From assembly GCA_015680685.1 (NCBI GenBank), contig MNCI01002086.1, positions 314,781-378,780 on the forward strand: a DNA stretch of 64,000 nucleotides, given 5' to 3'. Source of the DNA: Gnetum montanum. Its lineage: Eukaryota > Plantae > Gnetophyta. Made by a program: the position numbers and the translations under genes. This document shows, piece by piece, positions 13,666 to 25,880 of this stretch; the first letter of the stretch is position 1; every line of letters starts with the position of its first letter. Below the pieces are notes generated by a model. That model was not told the DNA's origin. It did not search any database and saw only the letters and a list, made by a program, of their open reading frames with translations.

Positions 13666-15260
13666 TGTAGCGACTGAAAACATTGGTTGTCAGGCAAAAA
13701 TTTTTAACCTCGGGTCCATGGGAGGGATGTGCTCGATAAAAATAGAAACGGGACATCCTGAAGGGTCTATTCAATCAGACAGGGACTTAGTCAGTGTAAC
13801 TTAACCTTATTTAAATGTTGTTTTGAGCATGAAATATGTGAAATCTAACTGATGATTAATAGATGCGATAATAAAGAAAATTATGCTAATCAATGATAAT
13901 AATGTAGAAACAACAAAGCAACTCGGATGAGAAAATTCACCATCGCAAATTCACAAGTTTGATTCTCTTCTCTACTTGAAAATGTATGACAATTGGTACA
14001 GTGCTAGAGGGGCACAGGGAGTCCAGGAATGGTTGGAACACTCAAGATGCCTCCACTATGTTTTTGGGTACAAGCTTAAGAGCCAATAGTACAAAGCACC
14101 AACAAGAAAAGAGCTAATGCAAAGTGCTAATGCTAAAGGTGTCAACTTGCTTTGAATTGCTAAAATGCTAATCAATGTCAACAATGCTCAAAATTGACCA
14201 AAATTACCAACCTCAAACCCAATTTTGCCAACTGCTAAAATTTGCCAACCCTTTGAGCATTGCTCATTGGGGTATTTATAGGGCTAGGAGCATGTGAGAG
14301 ATGCAGTTTAGATGTCATGTGTCTTGGACCCACAAGATGCTGACGTGCCCATATTGCATGGACATGTAGAGCTGATTGTGAACCTGCCACACTGCAATCA
14401 TGCTGTCAAAACTCGGAGCGCTAACATCAAGTATGCAAACAATGCAAGTAAGAGATGAAGCATACTGGTGTAGCGTAGTTGTTTGCTATGCTGTGCTATG
14501 CTATGTAGCGTAGCATGTTGGCATAGTGTAGCATAGCATAGCCACTAGTTTGAAAAGAAAATTTTCTTTGAAGTCAATTGCATCTGTTGGAAGCTTCAGC
14601 GCACATCGGGTTAACTTTTGAAGCACTTTGTTGAATTGCATCTCCGCTACACTATGCTACACTACGTAGCGTAGCATAGCATAGCAGCCAACTTTATCTA
14701 TGAATCGTGCTAAAGTTATAAACATTTTTTTGAAGCTTTGATCATGCTAACAATTGCAACTTTTGCCTTTTACGAAGCAGAACCTCTGAACTTGCTGAAC
14801 TTTCATTTGAAACATTTCTTGTTGCTCTTGTATTGTCGCTACGTTGTGCTACACTATGTAGCATAGCATAGCGTAGCAACTGTGATGTCCTACTTTTTTG
14901 CTCAATCTGCCACTTTCTAGTAAGAGACCTTGCTGAAGGACTTGAAGTCAAACAAGGAAATAGGTTTCAGAGGCTGGAGTGCTTACTGACTGAAATTTCT
15001 TCATTGGAATCACTTGGTAAGCTGGGCCTTTCTAATTTTTCCTTGCTACGTTGTGCTACACTGTGTAGCATAGCATAGAGTCGCACTTTTTTTTGCAATG
15101 ATTTGCACTTAATTGCCTAAGCAACTATCTTCTGAGGTCTGCTATGCTACATAGCGTAGCATAGCGTAGCAAAATTCTTCACCAGAAAACTTGCCGAACT
15201 ATTTTGCACATCTTGAGCACCACTGACAACTCCAAGCATGGTTTCTAAATAGACTATCAT
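13666..15260 (-). repeat. Element B 3' LTR (lacks its first ~200 bp and the PPT)
   Basis: Colinear with 30065-~31600. Terminus TGTAGCGAC at 13666; similarity stops at ~15260. Confidence 0.85.
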
Positions 15261-16509
15261 CCAGGTCTCATTCTTTACTATTTTCCTAAACCTCATTTCG
15301 ATGAGGGACCTTGCTAAGTCTCATTCCGATGAGGGACCTTGCTAAGTCTCATCTTTACCATTTTCCGGAATGAGGGAATTTTTTACGTGGTCATCTTTAC
15401 TTTTGCTAACCTTTGATCTCTTATCGGAATGCTTAGAGAGGATTACTGCGAAATAGCTGATGTGCCATTTGTTTTAGGAACCTTTTTTTTTATGTGAGCT
15501 TTTGCTCTTTTACGCTTTTCTTTTATTGTTATTCCATTTACATTTGCAAAAAACCTTGTCACAAGACAAGTGTTTCTTTTCCAAGATGAGTTGCATTACA
15601 TCCATGTGGGGATTCAACCTACCTACAGATGCTTCCCATGTGACGAGTTGCATTACGTGCATCATGGACTTTGGGGTTGGGCATATGGGAGGGCTTTACA
15701 AGAATTAGGAAATTTCGTAAACAAGGTGAGAGTGAGAATTGCAGGTGTAAGGAAAGAGGTAAAGGAGGTTAAGAGGGGGGATAGGATATGCACTCCGAAG
15801 TGGCTAAGCTAGTTAGGACGACCACCTTGGAATGATGTAGTGTCCTGCCTCCATGGGGAAATGCACCTTTGATCGATGCCCCTCTGGTACATATCCTACA
15901 AACACAACAGAGAGAAAACCAGAAGAAGCAACCATGATGTAAAACAAAGGCAAAGGTCTTGCTTTCTTTGAACGTTGCTAGAACAATGGACGTTGTTGCT
16001 GAGCCATTCGATGTCCAAACTAGAAAGGCCAACAATAGTTCTGGCAGCATCTACATGGAGAGGTTGACACTGAGGCAGCTATGAATTGTTGTGATGCAAG
16101 TGCTTAGGAGTTATTTCCCAAGGAAAAAATTATGCAATTTAGCTATGAGATAGGCTACCCAATAGCTGAACGTCTTTTGGGCTTAGGCGATGATGGGGGC
16201 TAGAACATAGCAACATTGTGGTTGGGCCATAATATTGCTGGAACCCCAGCAGTAGACGCTAACCACAAAAGCTACTACCAAGGCAAAGGGTTGTGGTAGT
16301 AGTAGCTCTGAAAGGTTAGCAAGATGTCATACGACATCTCTGAAGGATCAGCAAGATGCCAGGGGTAGTGGCGTTGCACATGTTCCCAAGGATGTTTTCT
16401 TAGCATCGTAAACTGCATTTGGAAACTACAATGTCCCACCCCATGTTGGTAGTATGCATGCTCACTTGCTTGATGGGTCATGGATGCATGTTGGGGATGT
16501 GCTGCGAAC

Positions 16510-16750
16510 CCAATTTAAGGTCTGGTAGACCATCTGATGTGTTGGTTTAAGGTCTTAGTATACCGTGGTGTGCTAGTTTAAGGTCCTAACAGACCGTAGT
16601 GCTAGTTTATCGTCGTAGCAGACTATGGTTATGCTAGTTTAACATCCTAGTAGACCTCAGCACTAGTTTAACATCTTAGCAGATGATGGATAGGCCATTT
16701 TAAAGTTGTAGTAGACCGTTTTTGCCAGTTTTACATCGTAGCGGATGTTG
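16510..16750 (+). repeat. TAGTTTAAGGTC…GACC hairpin-repeat array downstream of the element B integrase
   Basis: About 8 degenerate ~30-bp units GCTAGTTTAAGGTCCTA-CAGACCG. Confidence 0.7.
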
Positions 16751-16789
16751 GTTGATCTTCTTCATGCATTAGATGTAGTATGGCTTGAG

Positions 16790-19700
16790 GTATGAATGAT
16801 TTATAGGATTCACAAACTCATTGCCATCCATGTTCCCAAAGGCTTTAGTGACCATGAACAGAACTTCCCAGTTTGCTAAGAATTTGTTCACATGCTCACG
16901 GATAGCCTTGAGAATGAGGTCTCCCTTCTTTATCAGCCGTTGATGCAGGTTTGCATGATGCTTCTACCGTTGCCTATTATAGTAATGCTCTATGTGACCA
17001 AGTGTCTATATATGCTCCTCCTCTATGGAGTCGAGGTTAATGATCCTCAACTTGTTGTTCTGGGCTTCGTTCACGATGTTCGACAGGATCATTCGAAGTC
17101 ACGGTATCTGCAACTCAAGAGGTAACACAGCTTTAGATCCATAAACAAGACTATAAGGTATCTTACCTGTTGTAGTCTAGCACATCATCCTGTAAGCCCA
17201 CAACACATAGATAATTTTCTCATGCCATCATCTCTTGCTCTTGTTAAGTATTTTCTTAAGCAAGTTGATGATGGACTTGTTCGTAGGTTCTGCTTATCCA
17301 TTTTCCTGCGGGTAGTATGGTGAGGAGAATGATTGCCTGATGCCAAGATTGCTGTAGAAGGTTCTGGTTTCCGCACTACTAAACTGTGGCCTGTTTTTAG
17401 TCACAATAGTTATGGAAGCCCAAACCTTGTCACTATGTTATCTAAGATGAAGTGGCAAACCTGCTGGGATGTAGTCTTCCTCAAGGGAATAGCCTCCACC
17501 CACTTCGTAAAATACTCGGTGGTGGTGATGATGAAGCTATGCCCTGTGGAAGATTTAGGCATGATAGGTCCTATGATATCTAGTCCCCATCACTGAAAAG
17601 GCCACATGATCTACATTTGATACAACTCTATTAGTGAAACATGTATAAGATTTGCATATCTTTGACATGTATCATAAGTTTTGATTTTGGCTAGGCAATC
17701 ATGCTCCATGTGAGGCCAGTAGTACCCTAGGTGTCTAATTTTTGTAGCCATGGTCCTAGGTGCTATGTGTCCACCACACAATCCCTCGTGTACTTTATTA
17801 ATGACCTTCTATGCTTGCTCCTTGTTTACGCATACCAGCAATATCCCATCATAGGAGCATTTGCACAAGGCGTTGTCACCCATGAGCATGTATTATCGAG
17901 CACACTTGTGGATCGCATCTCTCTAGGTAGATGTCAATCCGCTTGGGGGCTCGCCATGTTGCAGGTAGGCTTTAATGTTGGCATACCACTCTTGGGTGTC
18001 TGTAGCACTAACAGAGGCTACGTGTACTGCTTGAGTGATAGGCTCCATACACTCAGTAATTGAAGTAGGAAAACTTATGAATAGGTGTGGTGGCACATTT
18101 AACACTAGGGTGGCCAAGGTGTCTGCTACGGTGCTTTCGTTGCATGGCACATGTTGAACATCCATTGTTGCGAACTGTTTAAGAAAACTTTTTGCTAGGT
18201 TGCAATAGGGCTGCAGGTGTGTAGCTTTGCAGGCGTAGACTTCTATGATTTGATTCACAATGAGTTGTGAATCCCCGTGAATCACTAGGTGTTGGATGCT
18301 CAATGCTTGGGCTGCTAAGAGACCCCTAAGTAACCTTTCATACTCTGCCACGTTGTTTGTACAAAGGAACACAAAACAATAAGCAAAAGGTTGTATTTCC
18401 CCATATGGGACATGATGACAACAGTTGCACTACCTCCTTGCGTGGTCAAGGTGCCATTGAAATGCAGGGTAGCTTGAGATGCGACGAGACAATGTTGATA
18501 GTGCTAACATGCTCGTTAGGAAATTCGGGATCTATGATTGCCTGATCATCAATGGGTGAGGTCGTAAGTTGAGTTGCTATAGCTTGACCTTTTGTCAACG
18601 ATTGGCTTACATAATGCAAATCGAATTTCTCTATTATGGATTTCCACTGGGCTATCCTGTTGCTTTCATACAAATTTTTTGTGATAGCCTGGAGTACATT
18701 GCTCTTGCAAATGATGTTAACCCTACTACAAAAAAAATAATGCCTCCATTTCTTTAACGCAAAGACAAGAGCAAGGTAGTTTCTCTCCACCTCGTTGTAT
18801 TTTTCTTCGTACGCTATCAATGCATGACTTAGATAATACACTGGAATGTCATAGCCATTGTCTTGTCTTTGACATAATAGTGTTGCTATAGATATGTCTG
18901 AGGTGGCAAGGTAGATGAAGAAATACTTATCCCTCTGTGGTGGGTACATAGTCGGGAGGTGTAAAAGCTCTTTCTTTAGATCATAAAAGGCTTGTTGGCA
19001 TTGTGTTCTCCATTCGAAGTTAACCTCCTTCTTTAGTAGATGTTGCATGGGATGTAACTTATCAGTCAACTTTGCTATAAACCTTCTGATGAACTATACC
19101 CTACCTTGTAACCCATGTAATTCTTTAAGGTTTGTAGGTGGTGCTAGATTAACTATGGCCTTGACTTTGTTAGGGTCCACTCGTATTCTAGCCTCCGATA
19201 CTACAAACCTTAACATGCATTCAATTCTCACCCTAAAGACACACTTTTTTGGGTTATGGTGTAAATCAAGCATCTGGCAATGCTTTAGGACTACACTTTA
19301 GATTTGACTGTTATGTCATCCACGTAGTCGTTTAGCATTTCTAAGATGTAGTCACTAAAGATGTAAGTCATGGCTCTTTGGTAAGTTTCTCTGGCGTTCT
19401 TGAGCCCGAAGGGCATCATAGTATAACAGAAAGTCCCCCATGAGGTGATGAAGGTCATGGTTAATTGATGCTATGGGTTGATGCGAATTTGGTTGTAGCT
19501 AGAGAAACCATCCATGAAGGATAATAGAGCATGACCAGTCGTAGTGTCGATGAGTTGATCAATACTTGGCAGTGGGAAATCGTCTTTAATCGTGGCTTTG
19601 TTCAGATCTTGAAAGTCTATATAGATACGTATTCCTCCCATTTTCTTTGACACCCACTCTAAGTAATCAACTACCTGGATGAAACCAGCCTGATAGAGCT

Positions 19701-20169
19701 TGATGATTTCATCCCATAAGGCTAGTGCGATCTCTAGTTTAATCTTGTGAGCCTTCTGCTTAACTGCTTTCATCCATAGATCTAAGACAATGTTGTGCTA
19801 TATGAGCCTCAGATCTAAACCTAACATGTCGTTGTAAGACCACACGAATACTTTGATGTTATTCTATAGTACCTTGGCTACATATTTGTGCATTTGCGAA
19901 TCTAGGATGGAGCTAAGATTTAATGTTTTTATTTTCCCCCTACATGTGGTCACAGGTGTCTCAATGAGAGGGTCCTCAATTACATCCAAGACCTCTAAAT
20001 TTAGGGCTTGGACTAGACTTTCAGGCTAGTCTGGGGATGTCTCTAAGGATGCTACAATGCTTTCTGTGGGTGAATCACAGTCTACTGACTTTGGGTTTAG
20101 TTGTCTTGAAAGCTCGCCATGTGGACCTATCAATTCTAGAGGTGAAGAAAGATCATGGTGCATTGTCAT
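16790..20169 (-). pseudogene. pol: Element B pol: RT, RNase H, additional archaeal-type RNase H (aRH ~17923-18465) and integrase
   Basis: RT: IYIDFQDLNKATIKDDFPLP, MPFGLKN, DYVDD (~19320). RH: YLATSDISIATLL…PVYYLS…ERNYLALVFA. aRH: TNNVAEYE…GDSQLIVNQI…ADTLA. INT: HEGLCGGH, WGLDIIGP, YFTKWVEAIPL. Many stops and frameshifts. Confidence 0.92.
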
Positions 20170-20309
20170 TCTCACTCAACTTGCTACAATGAGATGGATG
20201 CCTAGTCAAGGGATACTTGTTTGTAGCAACAGTATGTAGTAAGCATTTGTAAAGTAGCAATGAGATGTGAATAGTTGAAATAATTATAAAGTATGACGTG
20301 AAGTTTGCA

Positions 20310-20635
20310 ACCTACTAGTTTAAAGTCATAGTGGATTTCCTAGATGCAAAAGTGTAAAACTGCTAGTTTAAGGTCTTTGCAAACCGCTAATAGGTTACTC
20401 TAGCAAAACTATGAAGTATTTAGTTTAAGGTCTTTACTGACTGCTAATGAGATCAAAGCTACGTGTTAGAACTACTAGTTTAAGGTCTTTGCGGACCGTT
20501 AACTTGATAGAGGCTGTGGGTTAGAATTTTCTAGTTTAAGGTCTTTGCGGACCGTCTGAATGCAAAAGTTTAAAGTTGGTCTTTGCGAACCACCTAGTTA
20601 GTCATTTTTGTGAAGGCCAATGGCTAGTTTAAAGT
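20310..20635 (+). repeat. CTAGTTTAAGGTCTTTGCGGACCG hairpin-repeat array between the pol start and the antisense-gene promoter of element B
   Basis: At least 5 copies with a GGTC-TTTGCG-GACC stem-loop, spaced about 55-60 bp apart. Confidence 0.75.
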
Positions 20636-20770
20636 GGATCGAAGTTTTCGATGGGGCCCACCTACCATAATGTAAACAATGTCACTATGCTATGGGGGAA
20701 TGCTACACTGTATGGAACATTCCTCATTAATCAGGAAGAGAAAATGACAAGTTCTTTTTCACCATTTTAG

Positions 20771-20790
20771 CTATAAATAGGGGTTTACCC
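20771..20790 (+). promoter_or_regulatory. TATA box of the embedded antisense gene (element B)
   Basis: CTATAAATAGGGGTTTACC is conserved in element A (GTATAAATAGGGGTTTTACC, 5622). It lies 140-165 bp upstream of the homologous ATG in both. Confidence 0.7.
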
Positions 20791-20913
20791 TTGATAAACT
20801 TGTCATTTTTACCATAATAGCACAGAGCCTTGATTCAGAGCCTAGAGCAATTGTGCTAACTCAGAGCAAGGCGATTCAGCATAGCGTGAAAGAAAGAATC
20901 AGCAACCGAAACG

Positions 20914-23900
20914 ATGGCTCTGAAGAAAGAATGCAAACACCTAACACTCGCCAAGGTGGATGAAGTGAAGGAGACCTTGGGGTGTGTGTCGCAGGCATGC
21001 GTTCTGGTGCAAGATGAGACCCCATTGACCCAGTAAGTTGCTACGCTATTCTTTATTTTTCTATGCTGTTGCTATTGCTTCTGCTTTCTCTATTTTCATT
21101 TCTGCAATTTTTTTTATGTAATCTACATTTTCCTGTCATCATTTTGTTGCTATTTTGGCCACTACACCATCATTATTTCTGACTTAGCCATGACCGGTGC
21201 ATGGATACTACGCTAAGGTTGCATGTAGTGTTGCCTAAACTACCATCGCTGTGGCTAGCTTGTCGCAGAAGCTTAGGCGATTTTAGCAACTCGGCGTGCG
21301 AATAGCATAGCGTGCGACCCTCAGGAGGGTTTGGCCATGTGCATGATTTGACAGCATAACACATGTCTATCACGACGTAATGCAAATCGTTCTGTCAAGC
21401 AGAAGATTTGTTGAAACTAGTGCAATGCATTGAATTCTTTCTTGTCAAAATATTTGTGTTTAGCTATTCGTTGCTACGCTAGGCTAATTCTGCTATGCTA
21501 TCGTCTTCATGTTTTTTACTACGCTACATGCATGGAGAGAGTCATGCTATGCTATTTGCTAACTGCTAATTCTGCTATGCTATATGTGAATCCTACTTGA
21601 ACATGACATTAACATTTGCAATTGTGTTATGTAGGATGGTGCTAAGGCCAATCTTGATTATCCTAGAAATCGTAGGGGTCCTGTGCTACCTAAGCAAACC
21701 ATGGTCAATGTTCCTCTACCCCATGCATGTGTGGGGAAGCAGGTAGTCTAGTTCAGGGAAGGTGGACGGTAGTTCGTACAATTTCTCCTCCAGCACTTTA
21801 GTATGATCGTTTGGACACACTTGTCGAAGAAGGTAGCAGTCGTAGTGACAGAAACCCTATTGCCTGGGGAAAACTAGGGTATTATGATATTTTTGATGGA
21901 TGGAGTAATCAGGAGCAGGTAGGGAGAAGGATCTAGTCAACATCCAAAAAATTTGAGACGTCTAGCTTGGATCTAGAAGATGCCCGAATACAATTTCTAC
22001 CATCCGTACAACACTTTATTTTTGCCCGCCACATGGGAACTTGTTTTCAAAACCCACCAGGAATCATTTACTATGCCGGCGGGTGAGTTCTGTAAACATA
22101 TTCTACTACGCTATGCAATACTTGCTATGCTAGGAAAATGTTAACAGTGTGTTTTTGTTACGAGGTTTTTTATCAACAAGGATGGACTTCACAGTGACAC
22201 AAATGCGTTTGCCTTAGCACAGATGACACTGCAGGAGTTTTCTTTCATTGAAAATATGCATGTAGGCGTGATAGGCCAATGCAGGGATGAGTACAAAACC
22301 TACCCAACCTGGTACTCCCAGCTCTATGACAGATACAAGGAGCTTGGTTGGTTGGATGGGGATTGGGAATCCCTTAGGCTGATCACTGTTGAAGATGTAT
22401 TGGTGGATCTTCTACCATTCCCATCACCATTTAAACCTAGTAAGCTAAACAATGAGTTTCTTGCATGTTCGAGTGTTGCTTCTATTTTTTTATGCTATTT
22501 CTATGTTTGTCTAAGTTTTTTTTTGTGCAAAATGCTATAGTGGTGACGAAGTCCAAGGATGTGACAGTGATCACCTCTAGACATCATGAGGTCGACATCT
22601 ACTTCAAGTATGGGAAAGTAGATGAGACTCAATGTTGGCTTTGTATCTGGGCCTCGAAATTGTTGACCAATCAAATTTAGGATGTTGGGCTCATGGAGTT
22701 ATTCCTGGCCGTGAACCCAAGCATCCCTGCTGCTTAGATGTTGGCCCTAGTCGACTCATTTTTTGAAAAGGCAGACTACTTCTGCACATGTGTGCATAGT
22801 GTGTGGGTGGTTCTTGAAATCAATGACCAACTATTCGTGGACCTCTTCAGTGTCCCTGCTGATGGTATTCCTGTGGGGGTAAGGACCAAAAAAGAGGCAA
22901 ACCATTAAAGGAACATTGAGGAGTGGCTAGGGGGGGTGAAAGGATGAAAGGGGATCCTTATGGAAAAAGTGAAGCCAAAAATGGCCAAAGACATTTACCC
23001 CATCTTCTGTGCCCATGCTTTCCCCCATTTACTCTCCCAAGGAAAGTTTATTGGGATCAAGCAAGCTTGGGTGATGAGGGAGGTAATGGAAGAGGGGGCC
23101 CGTTACAACTGGGCCAGACATCTCTACAAAGGCTTGCAAGATGAAATAGTCAAGCTTCATAAGAAGCATGAGTCCCAGTTCAACATGCACCATGCCTTTT
23201 ACATAGCCTACTTGTGGCATTTTGCAGAAATCTTAGTGTTCCATGATAATGGGGTTTGGGTTATGCAAGATAGTAACCAGATTTCCAAACCATGGATTAG
23301 CCAAGTCTTCTAGACCACCAGAGGCCAGGATCCCCTAGAAGCAATTAGGAAGTTGTTCTCCATGATGACTAAGGATCAGGTGGCCCATAACTTCTATGGC
23401 CAGGACAACGTGGGAGAGGTGCCCCCTGCTACTACAAGTAGCGTATCATAGGGGAAATGCCTCTTCGTAGAGATGGTGGCCACCAAGTTGCGGTGAAAGA
23501 GGCCTCATCCAGTTGAGGAGACTCCCCGTACGGAAGAAGAAGAGGGGCGGATATTATGGTTCAAGCTACACAGGATACAGCCCCCAATTGGTAAATGTTT
23601 TTTTGTCTATGCTTATTTTTTTTCCTGTTTGATTAGTGCTTGCTACGCTATGCTATGCTAGGTAGTGTAGCATCTATTTTGAGTTAATATGCTATAGCCT
23701 AATGCAAACTTGCTTTGTTGTCAAAAGAAGAAGAAGAATAAGACAACGAAGAGGTGTCATCCCCCGAAATGGGGGTGACTAATAAAGATGCGGGGGCCCT
23801 AGCTATAGAGAGAAGGGCCCCAGTCAAGAGAGAAGGAACCCCCACCACAAAGGAAGGGGCTCTCATTATCTAGAAAAATGCTCCTACAGGTGAGGAGGAC

Positions 23901-25519
23901 ATTTTTGATGATGAGAAGGATGCTAGTACCTTAGAAAGAAAGGCCCCAGAAAATAAAGAGGAAGCCCATGCCAACCAGGAAGAAACATCTGTTGATGATC
24001 CCTTCGCTGACTACATTTCAGCATTGGAGAAGTAGATGAACATGGAGGGTGCTACTACAATGTTAAGCTAGCAAGGAGGGGAGCTATAATTAGATGCTGG
24101 TGAGTTTGACAGTATATTCGATAGTATTTTGATGGGTGACCTGCCACTATCACCCCTGAGGGTTTGCTGGGTAGGAGCCTTTATGTTGTCATTTTTGTTA
24201 CTCACCTGTTTTATTGTAGTCCATCTTAGTCATTATTGACGCATTAAGTTATATGGCAGACACTGTTGTTAACACTGCATGACCTTCCTTGATCTAGCTG
24301 GAACCATGGGCCAAGACCCCTGACAAGCTTACGTTCATGCAGGGGGTTGTCAACGACATGATCGACCATCTCAAACAGGTCGATCCAGAAGTGGGTAAGT
24401 AAAGTGGCTATCCTAGGCCTTTAGCTTGCTATGCTAGACTTCTTGAGTTGCCAAAATTTGCTACACTACTGTGAAAAATGCACTTTTTTGTGTGATAACA
24501 GCCTCTTGCCTCAAGTGGGACCCGAAACAAGAATTAAAGGTGGACGCCATGCCTACATTCCTACCTAAAGTGACTGAGGTGCCTCGTCGCATATACGATG
24601 AGGCTAGCAAATGTGCATTGCACTTAGCATGCTCCTTGTGGGAGTGTAGGCACATGAATGAAGACCTATGGAAACGGGTCCAAAGGTAGGATAAAGAAAA
24701 GGCCAATTTAACCACCGAGGTGGGAGACCTCCATTCCATGAAAAAATTCTTCCTGGCTCGTGATACCAATGACGGCAGTTGGTGCACAATTGTCATAGAT
24801 TATGCAAGATATTGGATGGTTGTGCAATGCAACAACGAGGCCACCCAGGAGATAATTGAGCAGCAGATGTAGATGGAGTTGTTGGCTCAGAAGAACCAAG
24901 ACTAGAAGGACTATAGCACTAGAGTTTACAAATGGGGGTAGTCCTAGAAGAATCATAAGCACATGTATAAACTAGAACATGTCACCTATTGTAAATAATA
25001 TTGGGATGCTTTAGTGAAGTTTTATACTTATGAAGCATTTGTAGATGCCATTGGTGCTTCTGAGGCCTAGAACAAGTTCATGCAGTAAGTGATGGTCACG
25101 GAGTCACTTGAGCAGGAAGTGAATCTTCCCATAGGTGAGACCGCCATAGCCTCCTTTTCTCTGGGACCGCCTAGATGGACGGCCATTGAAAATAAGAAAG
25201 CTGCAGCAAATGCTGAACCTAGCGATAGACATTAGGCAAATATCATAGAGGAGGAGGTTTGGCACTACCTCGAGATTGGATTGGATTGCATACCCCCCAA
25301 GACAGACGCGGGGCTGTCTCAAGTTAGTCACTTTCTATGATGAAATAGTTTATGTTTTTCTAGCTGTTATGTGTAACTCTAGCTGACTACTTCATGTTTA
25401 TGGTGCAGATTTCGGATGAAGAAGCAGGGCCCTCTAAGGGTGGAAATGATAATGCAGAGGAAGGTAGTGCAAAGGAAGGCAATGCAGGGAACGATGATGC
25501 AGGATAAGATGATGTATGA
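20914..25519 (+). pseudogene. Element B embedded antisense 8-exon gene; exons ~20914-21032, 21635-22082, 22165-22439, 22541-23590, ~23727-24170, 24260-24394, 24502-25322, 25409-25519
   Basis: GT-AG introns with in-phase joins (CA|GTAAGT…TAG|G ATG; GG|GTGAGT…AG|G TTT; A|GTAAGC…TAG|TG; G|GTAAGT…CAG|CC). The translation is colinear with the A copy. Interrupted by TAG/TGA and 1-nt indels. Confidence 0.8.
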
Positions 25520-25682
25520 CAACAGGGGATTTTGATTTTTGTATTTTTGGCAAAATTATTACAAACATTGTTAAAGTGGAACCATTGTTTGAAAAATGAA
25601 TTATGATAAGTTTGGTGCTATTCTGGCTTACGCATTATGTATGTTATCTATGCGATCGATTTTTTTTTTATGTTTTTTGTTT

Positions 25683-25880
25683 TGGTTTTAGGCCATTTCG
25701 GGCCATGCATAGTTTTAGGCCATTTTGGGCCATCACTAGTTTTAGGCCATTTTGGGCCATTGCGGGATATAGTTTTAGGCCATTTTGGGCCATTGCGGAT
25801 ATAATTTTAGGCCATTGTGGGATATAGTTTTAGGCCATTTCGGGCCATTGCGGGATATAGTTTTAGGCCATTTCGAGCTA
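25683..25880 (+). repeat. Tandem AGTTTTAGGCCATTTTGGGCC repeats (about 7 copies) between the antisense gene 3' end and the protease end in B
   Basis: Directly visible units with a GGCC-ATTTYG-GGCC stem-loop. Confidence 0.85.

Noticed and set aside
25683-25880. Regularly spaced palindromic repeats resembling a CRISPR array (also 16510-16750 and 20310-20635)
   Set aside because: Eukaryotic LTR-element context, no unique spacers of consistent length and no cas genes.
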